Positions 25,154 to 34,500 are shown, counted from the first letter of the stretch. The stretch is 43,848 bases of DNA from a virus (IMGVR_UViG_3300010361_000018:1-43848), one strand, 5' to 3'. The notes: generated by a model not told the origin, from the letters alone. Program-made: numbers and translations.

Positions 25154-25447
25154 ATGACCATCGGCGGACACGAACTAGCACTCACCATCATCAATGATGG
25201 CAAAGGCTACCAGAGACGCAGAGAACTCGGCGAATATCTATATCACGGCAACCGTAGTGGCATCGCCGCACGCGCAGAAGCGCAAGAGTGGATCACGATC
25301 GCTCGCCAAGGTGCTCTACAATACGATAAGGAATTCGGCTCTGCTGGTGCCTCATCCTTCACAGTGCATGATATTCTCTGCGCCGCTGTCGAACTCGCAG
25401 AATACTACGAAGAGCATGCCAGAGACAGCGCAAATGTCGCTGCTTAA
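25154..25447 (+). CDS. Hypothetical protein
   Basis: AGGGAG RBS; clean ORF. Confidence 0.7.
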   Translation: MTIGGHELALTIINDGKGYQRRRELGEYLYHGNRSGIAARAEAQEWITIARQGALQYDKEFGSAGASSFTVHDILCAAVELAEYYEEHARDSANVAA

Positions 25448-25889
25448 ATCCTTCATCGCAGCCGGTGCCCTCCTCATCGGGGGCGCCGTCTATGCCCAAA
25501 CCTTCCAAGGCAATGGGCCAATGTGCGCAGCCGGCCAATACCCGGCAGACCTAGGCGAAAAGCGCCTAACCTGCATTTCCGAGCGCATGCCCTATGCCGA
25601 TAGCCATGCCATCAAACTGGAAATGATGGCGCATCAACACCCCGGCGAACCCCTCAGCGCATACGAACTGGACCACATCATCCCACTCTGCCTCGGCGGA
25701 TCCAACGACCGATCCAACCTCCAACTTCAGCCCATCGACGAGGCACGCGCTAAGGACGATTTGGAGGCCCAGGCATGCCATGAAGTGAAAACAGGTAGGG
25801 TACCCTTAGCCACCGCCTTAACGTGGTTCAGAGGCGATTGGAGAGGCCCCTACTGCCATCTCATCGGCGCCAAACCCATTTGCCCATAA
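25434..25889 (+). CDS. HNH-motif protein with signal peptide
   Basis: MSLLKSFIAAGALLIGGAVYA-Q; ELDHIIPLCLGGSNDRSNLQLQP. Confidence 0.75.
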   Translation: MSLLKSFIAAGALLIGGAVYAQTFQGNGPMCAAGQYPADLGEKRLTCISERMPYADSHAIKLEMMAHQHPGEPLSAYELDHIIPLCLGGSNDRSNLQLQPIDEARAKDDLEAQACHEVKTGRVPLATALTWFRGDWRGPYCHLIGAKPICP

Positions 25890-25906
25890 CCAAGGGAGCA
25901 AATCAG

Positions 25907-26095
25907 ATGAAAATACGCATAACGTATTTTGATACGATCACTGGCGATGTTATTGATCGTATCGACACCGATTTGCACCGGTACTGCGAGGAAAACAACA
26001 CACCTGCTCAATATGTTATTCGCGAGGAAATCAGAACAATCGGCGCATACATCACACAAGGAAACAATGTGCGGACTGAGGTAACCAAACAATGA
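25907..26095 (+). CDS. Hypothetical protein
   Basis: AAGGGAG RBS before ATG 25907. Confidence 0.6.
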   Translation: MKIRITYFDTITGDVIDRIDTDLHRYCEENNTPAQYVIREEIRTIGAYITQGNNVRTEVTKQ

Positions 26096-26325
26096 CACAT
26101 GATGAAAAATCTTTGTTAGACGCCGGCAATGATCCCATAAAATTGCGCGCGCTCTTGCAAGAGGCCGAGAATCGCATGAGCCTTAGCAATGATGCTCTTC
26201 GCACGCATGGTCATCAACGATCGACATGGGCAATTCAAGCGCTGGATGCCGATTTCCGCTGTCAGGTACTTACCAAAATTGCAGAATTGCCCTTGCTGAT
26301 TCGCGTTGCCAACGATCTACCGTAA
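26092..26325 (+). CDS. Hypothetical protein
   Basis: GAGGT RBS; ATGA overlap. Confidence 0.6.
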   Translation: MTHDEKSLLDAGNDPIKLRALLQEAENRMSLSNDALRTHGHQRSTWAIQALDADFRCQVLTKIAELPLLIRVANDLP

Positions 26326-26344
26326 GCCATAAATGTGGGCTAGG

Positions 26345-26683
26345 TTACAAATCTGCTGGCGCACCCAACGCGAAATTTGGGCCGGCTTCCAGTTCTTTGA
26401 CGGCTTGGGCGCCTACCTCATTATCGGCGCCCTTGCCTGCATCGGCGCATATCTGCTGCACCTCGGCGCGTACCTGTAACAACATCGCCGGTAGCCTCTC
26501 AAGCCACCGCTGCCGAATCTCGGCCTCATTCCCAAAATAGTCACAGGCCACCGACAGACCATCACCGACATAGTGATACACGCACGATGGGGCACATCCA
26601 ATCTGGCTGGCTATCCTGCCATACCCCCACCCCTTACCCCTTAACGACCTCATGATCGCAACGTGCTCTGCTAGGATCTTCAA
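26345..26683 (-). CDS. Helix-turn-helix protein
   Basis: LRGKGWGYGRIASQIGCAPSCVYHYV HTH pattern. Confidence 0.65.
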   Translation of the reverse strand: MKILAEHVAIMRSLRGKGWGYGRIASQIGCAPSCVYHYVGDGLSVACDYFGNEAEIRQRWLERLPAMLLQVRAEVQQICADAGKGADNEVGAQAVKELEAGPNFALGAPADL

Positions 26684-26973
26684 GGTTCCCTCCCAAATCC
26701 AGCAACCAACTTAGCCCGTATCGCCTGCTTCTGCGCCATCTTCCGGGCTATCTGCGCTTCAACGTGCGCCCGGGCCCGATCCTTGACCCACTGGACTACG
26801 GCTTGCGCCGCCTCCGGCGCCGGTTGCATCCAACGACCGAACTCGGGCCACCGGCCGGATAACTCCCGGTACTGATTCGCCGCCCACCCCCGCCGGTATC
26901 CCTTCGCCTCGCCGATCGTTAACAGGCTGCGGTACACGTCCACCTCGGCTATTTCCGTTCCCTCGATGTCCAT
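26680..26973 (-). CDS. Stand-alone domain resembling the C-terminus of phage SF2 helicases
   Basis: EAKGYRRGWAANQYRELSGRWP resembles the RGYKxGWA...FGxWP helicase tail motif; GAGAGG RBS. Confidence 0.6.
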   Translation of the reverse strand: MDIEGTEIAEVDVYRSLLTIGEAKGYRRGWAANQYRELSGRWPEFGRWMQPAPEAAQAVVQWVKDRARAHVEAQIARKMAQKQAIRAKLVAGFGREP

Positions 26974-27366
26974 TGTCCCCTCTCAAAGATTCTATCAGCG
27001 CGCCTACCATCAGGCTTGCTAGCCAGGTTGCACCGTCCTTCGCCTGAATGTTCTCCTCCCCATCAAACCCACTGCCTTTACTGGCAGCAAACAACCTCTC
27101 CGCGCCGCCTACGCTCGCCATGCTCGCTCGCTGGCTCCGAGGAGCGGAGCGCTGCGCGCAGTAGGTGCCCCCTTCCTAAAAAGGTTTCCCCCGTTAGGAT
27201 TTCGTTACGGCCATTACAGGGTCCGCATATGACGCGATGGGATGGAAAACGCCTGCCGCAGAGGTGCCGTTTCGGACTGGGCTAAGCACGGAGCCATTTA
27301 AGGCTATCGCTTAACCATGCCACCAATAGGCCGTGTTACAGTTAGGCGCGCGACGATCCCCCCTGT

Positions 27367-27786
27367 TTACACCTCGCCTTTTATTCGGCGGACAGCTTCG
27401 TGCGCTCGCTCTGCAGCCTCGCGCTCGGCAAGGAGTTGCCCCTGTCGGCGCACCTCTGCACGTCGCTTTGTGGCATCTGCTTTGAGACGAATACGCGCAG
27501 TCTCTTGAATGCGAAGAATCTCGGCCGATGGCTTGGTCGGCCGTAGCGGAAGAATCTCAATCAGCTGCCGGCGCTTCGGCGGTTTGATCTTCTTTCGCTT
27601 TAGGTATTTTCTGGCTGAGCCACGGATGCCGAGTTTCTTCAAATCAGCGATCCGATGGGCAACTTCCTGCTTGGAGGAGTAGAAGCCGATATAGTCGGCA
27701 GCATTACGGGAATCAGGCCGAAGCCCGAGACGATGCAGTGCGCCGTCGTATGACCGGCCACCGCGAACCTTGATGTACCAAGGCAC
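27367..27786 (-). CDS. Basic hypothetical protein
   Basis: 139-aa ORF, K/R-rich. Confidence 0.55.
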   Translation of the reverse strand: MPWYIKVRGGRSYDGALHRLGLRPDSRNAADYIGFYSSKQEVAHRIADLKKLGIRGSARKYLKRKKIKPPKRRQLIEILPLRPTKPSAEILRIQETARIRLKADATKRRAEVRRQGQLLAEREAAERAHEAVRRIKGEV

Positions 27787-28167
27787 AGCGGCAATCCCCC
27801 GAAAGTGAGAAAACCTTCGAGGCGGTTGACGTTCTAGCTAAGAGCCGCTATGTCTCTAGCAGGAACCCCAGCGCGGCAACGCAGGTTTCCAGAAGGGCCG
27901 GTAGAGGATCAACCCTCCCGGCCTTTCGCCCTTTATGGATGACGCTTCTGCGACATCCCGTCAAGAGCCATTCAATCCATGTTAACGAAAAAGGTGGGGA
28001 GGGCACATGCCCGCCCTCCCCAGTCTGCCGGCAGCGGTTACAGGGAGACACAAGGCTGCCGGGGTCTCAATTCCTAATATGGGCAAGGAGCAATTGAATG
28101 GCTACCAGTGCACAGGACAACGCCACGCCGGTCAGAATGCCCCAGCCGAAAGCTGCATCCGAACAGG

Positions 28168-28956
28168 TCATTCCTCCTCACCGTAATGATGGTGATGGTG
28201 GTGGATATGCTTATGATCACCGACCGGCGGCAAGGGCCGTGGCAATGGCTTAGGCCCGAAGTGCTTCGTCTTCCTGCCCCGCCAGTTGCCCCCCATCGTC
28301 TCGCGCTTCTCACTGTCTAGATGGATCGCAACCACCTCCGGGATCATCCCCCGATGCTCGCGAGGCCAATTGCGCGCAAACTTCAAATCGCTCCGGTCGC
28401 CATTCCCTTGGTCAGGGTAAGCCGCGTGCCCCGAACCACTCGGATGCCATAGTTGAAAGAAACCGATGGGAGCCCAGCCGTCCTCGTCGAGATGCCCGAC
28501 CCTGGTGCCGAGCTCAAAGTCCGTTGCCTGGACAAAGAGATTGCAGGAGTGCTGTACCTCGGGCCACGACTGATAGCGCGCCCAGTCCTCATAGGAATAG
28601 CACATCACCCGATCCACACCGTATATCGTCCTGGGATCTGGTTTGGTCTGCTCGATCAGCTGGCGCGCCCTCGGCGGCAACACGATGTCCGCATCAAGGT
28701 GCGCAAACCATCCGTCGCCCTGAAGGTGCGATAGCCCGAAATTGATACCGCAGGCTTTCGCGAAAGCCCTGTCACCGGAATAGAACGAATCGGTGGTCAC
28801 GCATTCAACGTGATGGTGCTCGCAGATGTCCCGCGTGCGCTGATCCTCACTGTCGGTCACGATAACCCAACGATCAAAACAGGGCTTGTTCCAAACAATC
28901 GTATGCGCGAGGAAATCGGCATAATTAACGCATACCGTGACCGCCTCGATTTTCAT
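28168..28956 (-). CDS. Glycosyltransferase, GT-A fold (GT2-like)
   Basis: VTVCVNYADFL...VIVTD...FAKACGIN...HLDADIVLP (DxD)...GFFQL; poly-His C-terminus. Confidence 0.8.
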   Translation of the reverse strand: MKIEAVTVCVNYADFLAHTIVWNKPCFDRWVIVTDSEDQRTRDICEHHHVECVTTDSFYSGDRAFAKACGINFGLSHLQGDGWFAHLDADIVLPPRARQLIEQTKPDPRTIYGVDRVMCYSYEDWARYQSWPEVQHSCNLFVQATDFELGTRVGHLDEDGWAPIGFFQLWHPSGSGHAAYPDQGNGDRSDLKFARNWPREHRGMIPEVVAIHLDSEKRETMGGNWRGRKTKHFGPKPLPRPLPPVGDHKHIHHHHHHYGEEE

Positions 28957-29069
28957 CCCCCACCCCCTGACTCCAAACGTACGTCAAAACGATAATTCTC
29001 CCTGTTCGGTAGCTGCGCGAATCGCTCGAACCCACTCCTCTACCTCAGCTAACGTCTTGCGCTTTTGCA

Positions 29070-29450
29070 TCACTTTATCCCCCAAATGGTTACTGAACAG
29101 CGACCGCTTTCAATCGTTGGATCACGGCGTACCCGCAAATCCCATGCCCACCGATCGTCAGGCGTTAGGCCAATCCCGTGCTTCCCCGGCTTCAAGAGAT
29201 CCAGGATCGCTTTAAGCCCGTTGTCGATGTCCATCGATCGCTCGGGCATTCTGATGTCGATCGCATAGGGTCCGCAGGAGAGCGGCTTAATGCGCTGAAC
29301 AAAGACCAACTCCTGCCCCGTCGTCTTGGCCCAGGAACGCAATAGCTGAGTTCTGACCCGGCCCTTGCCCGGCACGTTGGTGAATGCCATATTTATGGAT
29401 GGCGGTTGGTCAATATCAAATGTGATGGCACCCTCCGGAGGCTCAATCAT
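29070..29450 (-). CDS. rusA: RusA-like Holliday junction resolvase
   Basis: PPSIN and DIDNGLKAILDLL...DD motifs. Confidence 0.8.
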   Translation of the reverse strand: MIEPPEGAITFDIDQPPSINMAFTNVPGKGRVRTQLLRSWAKTTGQELVFVQRIKPLSCGPYAIDIRMPERSMDIDNGLKAILDLLKPGKHGIGLTPDDRWAWDLRVRRDPTIESGRCSVTIWGIK

Positions 29451-29640
29451 CCGGAGCTGCCAACTTAATTATCGCGTTTACAAACTGACGAGAGGCTTCC
29501 CAGTTATGAAATGTCCAAGCTACCTTAAATGGCTTGGCAAGGTTTCCCTCAAACTCGGACATATGCTCTAGAGCCAGCCGTAACTCGGCGACGGCGGCAT
29601 GCACGGCATCATCGTCCAGCATCAGTCTCGCGTTAGTCAT
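29443..29640 (-). CDS. Hypothetical protein
   Basis: ORF coupled between the Cro-like gene and RusA. Confidence 0.55.
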   Translation of the reverse strand: MTNARLMLDDDAVHAAVAELRLALEHMSEFEGNLAKPFKVAWTFHNWEASRQFVNAIIKLAAPDD

Positions 29641-29854
29641 CACTCGCCATCCCCTTCAGCTCAGCAATCTCGCGCGCGATCACCGCCTTACGGATCGCCT
29701 TTGGCAGCCGCGGAATCATCTCTCGCGGTAACGGTCGCCGACCGCTCTCAATCTGATGAATGAACTGCTGATTGCATGCCAGCGCTGCGGCCAATTGTGC
29801 CTGAGTTAGATCAGCCTCCTTGCGGGCCGCACGTAACGTCTCGCCAAGTGTCAT
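29633..29854 (-). CDS. XRE-family HTH regulator (Cro-like)
   Basis: LRAARKEADLTQAQLAAALACNQQFIHQIESGRR. Confidence 0.88.
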   Translation of the reverse strand: MTLGETLRAARKEADLTQAQLAAALACNQQFIHQIESGRRPLPREMIPRLPKAIRKAVIAREIAELKGMASDD

Positions 29855-29900
29855 GCTGACACCCTATCGCAAAAATCTAGCGGATGCTATCTTTTTTCTG

Positions 29901-29931
29901 TTGACACTGGATCACCCGTGAACTAGCTATA
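29901..29931 (+). promoter_or_regulatory. Sigma70-type promoter in the divergent intergenic region
   Basis: TTGACA (29901-06), 17 nt, TAGCTA/GCTATA (29924-31); AT-rich upstream element. Confidence 0.6.
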
Positions 29932-29998
29932 GCATGTTGACAACGAAAGGGAGCGGTAGCCGGGCGGTTCAGAGAGCGCCGTCCGGCGCCGATCGGGG

Positions 29999-30223
29999 AT
30001 GATCCAATACAAGGTTGAGAAGAACGTGCCGCCGCCGGTTGATCTTTGGCCGAGGGGGCGCAAACGCGTCTATCCCTTTGCTGACATGCTACCCGGCGAC
30101 TCGTTTGTTGCGGACAGCCGCAACGCGATGGCTGCCGCATATGCCTGGGGGCGGGTTCACGGCGGCACCTTTACCGGGCGCCTGCTTGAGGACGGTAATT
30201 ACCGGATATGGAGGCTCAAGTGA
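29999..30223 (+). CDS. Small phage DNA-binding-like protein
   Basis: VEKNVPPP...YPFADMLPGDSFV...YRIWR, a motif common in phages. Confidence 0.7.
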   Translation: MIQYKVEKNVPPPVDLWPRGRKRVYPFADMLPGDSFVADSRNAMAAAYAWGRVHGGTFTGRLLEDGNYRIWRLK

Positions 30224-30408
30224 TGCCCGATTTCCTATCGGTGGCCAGAGACATCTGCAGCCCCACGGTACAGAGGCCGCTGCGGTCACGCGAGCGGGCG
30301 GCGCTGGACATGGCGGTTGCCGAGTTGCGCCGGCAGCGGGATAAGGCCCCCGCCTTCATTGACGAGACGCTGCGCCGCATACGAGCAATCATCCCGGACA
30401 TCGACTGA
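30223..30408 (+). CDS. Hypothetical protein
   Basis: TGATG coupling at both ends. Confidence 0.55.
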   Translation: MPDFLSVARDICSPTVQRPLRSRERAALDMAVAELRRQRDKAPAFIDETLRRIRAIIPDID

Positions 30409-30842
30409 TGGCATTGACTCCCGAGCAGCGTAAGGCTCTTACCGAACGAATCACAACAAAGTTTGTGATCGCTGACAGTGGTTGCTGGGAATGGGTTGCT
30501 GCAAAGTACCAGACCGGTTATGGCGCGCTGTACCGAAATGGGGGCACTAGATTCGCGCATCGGATAATTTACGAAATCTTGGTCGGCGAAATACCGCTAG
30601 AATTGCAGCTAGACCATCTTTGCCGAAATCGTTTGTGCGTAAATCCTGCACACTTGGAGCCGGTTACTTGTGCTGAAAACCTACGTCGGGGCATAGGCCA
30701 ACTACCCCATACACATTGCAGGCGTGGTCATCCTATGACCGCGGATAATTTAATTTGGGATACTCCAAAAATACGGCGTTGCCGAGCATGCTCCCAAGCG
30801 CGGAATGCCGCTGCATATCGGAGGAAAAATGCTCACGCCTGA
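30408..30842 (+). CDS. HNH homing endonuclease
   Basis: GCWEW...GYG...AHRIIY...LDHLCRNRLCVNPAHLEPVT..EN and THCRRGH; lower GC than flanks. Confidence 0.92.
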   Translation: MALTPEQRKALTERITTKFVIADSGCWEWVAAKYQTGYGALYRNGGTRFAHRIIYEILVGEIPLELQLDHLCRNRLCVNPAHLEPVTCAENLRRGIGQLPHTHCRRGHPMTADNLIWDTPKIRRCRACSQARNAAAYRRKNAHA

Positions 30843-31620
30843 GCAACGACTAGCGCGGCAGGGTGCTTTTAATGCTTCATTCGCTCCAAAACTTATGTCT
30901 GGGGACGAGCAAGCGATATTAAATGAATGGAAAGGGTGTGTTGGAGATCCAGGATACATTGAAGAAGATTTGTCAGAGTCATGGCCTGTACAGTTAGGGT
31001 CATTTCTTGAACCTCTAGTTTTAGATTGGCATGAGCGCAAGACCGGACATGCCCTTACCCGCCGTGGTGAGCGGGTGGTGCATCCTGAACGCCCTTGGTG
31101 TGGAGCTACACTGGACGCATACCGGGCGCACGATAACTGGGTGCTGGACGCCAAAGTAGTTGGCAGATGGCGCAAGATAGATGAGGTCTGCGCCTACTAC
31201 GCACCGCAAATCTTGGTGCAGCGCGATTGCGTGACTGCCGCTGGCGGCAGTCTCTTGGTCGTCCTTGGATCAGACGAGCCGGTGGAGTATCCCATCCATC
31301 TGCCCGATGATTACTGCGCCCGTGTCTGGGAGCGCATTGACTGGTTTTGGAATTGCGTTGAGTCGTTGGCTCCGCCCTACGAGGTTGCCCCGATCGTCGC
31401 GCCGCCCGCTCCCGTCGTCGAATACGACATGCAGACAAACAATTCCTGGGCGGATCAGGCGCTGCACTGGCAGTCGAACAAGATCAACGCGAAGTGGTTT
31501 AAGGACGCCGAGGCGGAGCTGAAGAAGCTAGTCCCGGCCGATGCCAAGCGCTGCTACGGCCACGGCATCGAGATCGTCAGGAGCAAAGCGGGCAGTCTTA
31601 CTATCAAGGAGCTGAAATGA
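30829..31620 (+). CDS. YqaJ / lambda-exonuclease family recombination nuclease
   Basis: R...FNAS, GSFLEP, HPERPWCGATLD, DAK and YYAPQ motifs. Confidence 0.85.
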   Translation: MLTPEQRLARQGAFNASFAPKLMSGDEQAILNEWKGCVGDPGYIEEDLSESWPVQLGSFLEPLVLDWHERKTGHALTRRGERVVHPERPWCGATLDAYRAHDNWVLDAKVVGRWRKIDEVCAYYAPQILVQRDCVTAAGGSLLVVLGSDEPVEYPIHLPDDYCARVWERIDWFWNCVESLAPPYEVAPIVAPPAPVVEYDMQTNNSWADQALHWQSNKINAKWFKDAEAELKKLVPADAKRCYGHGIEIVRSKAGSLTIKELK

Positions 31621-31781
31621 CCGAGTGCGTGATCCTGTTCCGCAACGCCGACGGCAAGGTCGAGATCGCTAAAACCGTCAACGGCGATGTCCTGGTGTTC
31701 CCCAACCTCGACGCCGCACTCCACGTCGCCGAGACCGAAATCTTCGACGTCTTCCAGATCGTGGAACTCGACGAGCTATAG
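31617..31781 (+). CDS. Small acidic hypothetical protein (54 aa)
   Basis: MTECVILFRNADGKVEI...; AGGAG RBS; flanked by 19-bp direct repeats. Confidence 0.65.
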   Translation: MTECVILFRNADGKVEIAKTVNGDVLVFPNLDAALHVAETEIFDVFQIVELDEL

Positions 31782-31789
31782 GAGCTGAA

Positions 31790-32635
31790 ATGACCGAGCA
31801 GCTTTTGTACGCAGACCCTGATACCGGCGAGATTAAGCCATTCAACACGATGATGCCTCCGGCAATCGCTGCCGCCATCGTTGCTGTTAAAAAAGACGTG
31901 AAGCAGATCGGCGCCGACGATCAGAACAAGTTTGGCGGCTATGCCTACGTCTCAGTCGATAAGATCTACGACAAGATCGGGCGCCTGATGGCAGCCAACG
32001 GCCTTGCCTTGATGATCGACGAGATCGCCAGTGAGATCAGGGGCGGCGAGGCTAGAGAGGGCGGCAAGGCTCCGAGCCCCTGGCTCTTTGTCCGCTACTC
32101 TCTCGCCTTTGTCCACGAGTCCGGCGCGATGGCGACGCCCGTGCATCGCTCCCTCGCCATGCCGATCAACGGGCCGCAGACCTACGGCGCCGCCCAGTCC
32201 TACGTCGAGAAGCAATTCCTGCGGCAAATCTTTAAGATCCCGACCGGCGAGAAGGATGCCGATGAGACTGAGCAGCGGGAAGGCACTGCCCCTGTAAGCC
32301 GTCCTGCGGCCCGTCAGCGAGCGGAAGCCAATTGGGGCGGGAATGGTAGCCAGGAGCCCGTTCAGCGCGCTACAGCGCTTCCTGATAGCCCTGTGGCCTA
32401 TGTTGCTCCTCATGCCGTGGACCGCAGCCTCAACACCGTGCCATGGGGCAAAGAGTTCTGCGCCGGCATCAGAACTTCACGGGATCGGGCCGACTATGAG
32501 AACTGGCTGACTTGGAACCAGGACTGGCTCGACGAGATCAAGGAAGCCAATCCGATGACATGGCGTCGGATCGAGCCGGCCATCCTTGAGACCAACGCCC
32601 GCCTCGGGCCTGAGGACGTGGTGGAGGCTGAGTGA
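31790..32635 (+). CDS. erf: ERF-family single-strand annealing protein
   Basis: NKFGGYAYVSVD...HESG...PQTYGAAQSYVEKQFLRQIFKIPTGEKDAD. Confidence 0.88.
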   Translation: MTEQLLYADPDTGEIKPFNTMMPPAIAAAIVAVKKDVKQIGADDQNKFGGYAYVSVDKIYDKIGRLMAANGLALMIDEIASEIRGGEAREGGKAPSPWLFVRYSLAFVHESGAMATPVHRSLAMPINGPQTYGAAQSYVEKQFLRQIFKIPTGEKDADETEQREGTAPVSRPAARQRAEANWGGNGSQEPVQRATALPDSPVAYVAPHAVDRSLNTVPWGKEFCAGIRTSRDRADYENWLTWNQDWLDEIKEANPMTWRRIEPAILETNARLGPEDVVEAE

Positions 32636-32778
32636 TGCATGGCTTGATCGCGCTGCACTGCGCCGAGACCACGATAGAGCGGCGCGTCAACAAGCCTTGG
32701 TCATGGGCCAATGGTAGCCGCCTCATCCTCGCCCTCTCCCTCGTCCTGTGGGCTCTGATCCTGTGGCGGTGGCTGTAG

Positions 32779-33069
32779 GTGAATTGGGAAACGAGGATAC
32801 GGGCAGGACTATGGGCTGTAATAGCGGTCCTTTTGTTCACAACCGCCGGATTCTTCGGATACCGCGCCATGTATCCACCTGACCTGCAGGCTGCTTTGAA
32901 ACGTGCTTGCTGGAAAACCTATGACTTCACGCCGCAGCCAGACATCACAGCTTACGAGACCGCAGAAATCCTCTCAAAGCTGAAGGGGCCGTTGGGAAAC
33001 GTTGTCTGCGTCAACGAGAGCAAGCCTATTCCGCCTGATCTACTGCGGCATTTCACGGAGATAAAATGA
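32779..33069 (+). CDS. Membrane-anchored hypothetical protein
   Basis: N-terminal TM; FTPQPDITAYETA motif. Confidence 0.6.
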   Translation: MNWETRIRAGLWAVIAVLLFTTAGFFGYRAMYPPDLQAALKRACWKTYDFTPQPDITAYETAEILSKLKGPLGNVVCVNESKPIPPDLLRHFTEIK

Positions 33070-33491
33070 CCTTTACGGCCAACATCTACACAGTCCGGCA
33101 CGATAGCCAACGGTACAACACGGCCGGCGACTGGATGGTGCTTGGCGATATGGAGGGTGCTCCCCGCTTCGCCGTCACCGTCTCGTACCTAGGCGACTGG
33201 CGCATGGAGGCGCTGATCGCAGTACACGAACTCATCGAATGCCTCCTGTGCCATCATGCCGGCATTACCGATGCCCAGGTCACCGGCTTTGACAAAGCCT
33301 GGGAAGCCGCCAGGGACAAACTCCAAAGTGAGACCGGGATTGTTGATTTGGCACCGGCAGAACCCGGCAATGATTATGCCTGCCCCTACAAGCACCAGCA
33401 CGCCATCGCCAGCGCTGTAGAGCGGTTATTGGCTGCCGAGTTGGGGGTCTCATGGGAAGCCTACGAGCAGAAGGTCAACTCGCTTGCCTGA
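33066..33491 (+). CDS. Putative metal-dependent hydrolase
   Basis: RYNTAGDW...LIAVHELIE...EPG...PYKHQH. Confidence 0.6.
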   Translation: MTFTANIYTVRHDSQRYNTAGDWMVLGDMEGAPRFAVTVSYLGDWRMEALIAVHELIECLLCHHAGITDAQVTGFDKAWEAARDKLQSETGIVDLAPAEPGNDYACPYKHQHAIASAVERLLAAELGVSWEAYEQKVNSLA

Positions 33492-33930
33492 GACGATCAT
33501 CGTGCGCCGCTTCGATGGCCTGGGTGTGGGCATCTGCCTCCATCCCGCCGACAACGATGCCCTCAACAAGATGGCGATGCTGCCGAAGGACGAGGACATC
33601 GAGATCCGGGTGGTGCGCGAGCGCAGCCTGCCGCAGCTGAGGTTGTTCTGGCAGGTGCTGGATCACGTCGCTAATAACAGCAAGTACGAGAGCGCGGAAA
33701 AGCTTCTGGCGGCGCTCAAAGTCCGCCTCGGCCGCTACGACATCGTTCAGCTCTTCGATGGGCGCCGAGTCGTGGCACCGCAGTCCATCGCCTTCGCTCG
33801 CATGGAACAGGGCGAGTTCCAGCGATTTATGGACGAGGCGCTGAAGGTGATCTGCGACGAGGTGCTAGGTGGTTATGACCCCGATCGGTTGATCAGAGAA
33901 GCAGAGGGATGGCGTGAAGCGGTCGGCTAA
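33484..33930 (+). CDS. DUF1367 / NinB-like recombination-associated protein
   Basis: RSLPQLRLFW...PQSIAFARMEQGEFQRF. Confidence 0.75.
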   Translation: MPETIIVRRFDGLGVGICLHPADNDALNKMAMLPKDEDIEIRVVRERSLPQLRLFWQVLDHVANNSKYESAEKLLAALKVRLGRYDIVQLFDGRRVVAPQSIAFARMEQGEFQRFMDEALKVICDEVLGGYDPDRLIREAEGWREAVG

Positions 33931-34189
33931 ACATCTTGCGTGGCTCCGGCGACAGCCTTGTGTCGTGCCCGGTTGCATCGCCTCCCCATGTGAGGCATCG
34001 CATCTGCGGACCGCGGCCAACTCAGGCATGGGCATCAAACCCGCCGATGATTACGCAGTGCCTATGTGCGCGTATCACCACCGCACCGGCATGTGGGCCT
34101 ATCACACCATCGGCCACAGAGCCTTTGAGGAGCACTTCAAACTTAATCTCTTTGAGTTGGCTGCCAAATTTGCCGGGAGAGAGAAATGA
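33914..34189 (+). CDS. DUF968 / HNH-like putative nuclease
   Basis: RSAKHLAWLRRQPCVVPGC...ASHL...GMGIKPADDYAVPMCAYHH. Confidence 0.8.
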   Translation: MKRSAKHLAWLRRQPCVVPGCIASPCEASHLRTAANSGMGIKPADDYAVPMCAYHHRTGMWAYHTIGHRAFEEHFKLNLFELAAKFAGREK

Positions 34190-34500
34190 CCGACACCACC
34201 GCGCCGCGCGATCCGACTTGGGATGACGCCGTGAAGGCGCTGCGAGACGAGGTAGAGCGCGGCGATAAAAGTATGTACGGCTTACTTGCGGTTGACTATC
34301 TAGCGCGGACAGCCGACTGGCTCACCGCCAACAAGCCACCATCGCCAGGCCATGACGCCGCGCAACGGGTGATCGAGACGGCGCGACACGCTTGTGACAC
34401 GCTAAGGCGCACGGGCAATCCCGCAGAAGTGTATCTCGGCGATGTGCAGCGCGCTCTTGCTGAATACGACGCAGCACAGAAGGAGGAACAAAATGACTGA
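34186..34500 (+). CDS. Hypothetical protein
   Basis: Coupled ORF with GGGAG RBS. Confidence 0.6.
   Translation: MTDTTAPRDPTWDDAVKALRDEVERGDKSMYGLLAVDYLARTADWLTANKPPSPGHDAAQRVIETARHACDTLRRTGNPAEVYLGDVQRALAEYDAAQKEEQND

Noticed and set aside
29633-30000. Lysogeny switch (cI/cro) and integrase
   Set aside because: Only one short XRE gene is present; no CI-like repressor with a peptidase domain, integrase or ParA was recognised.
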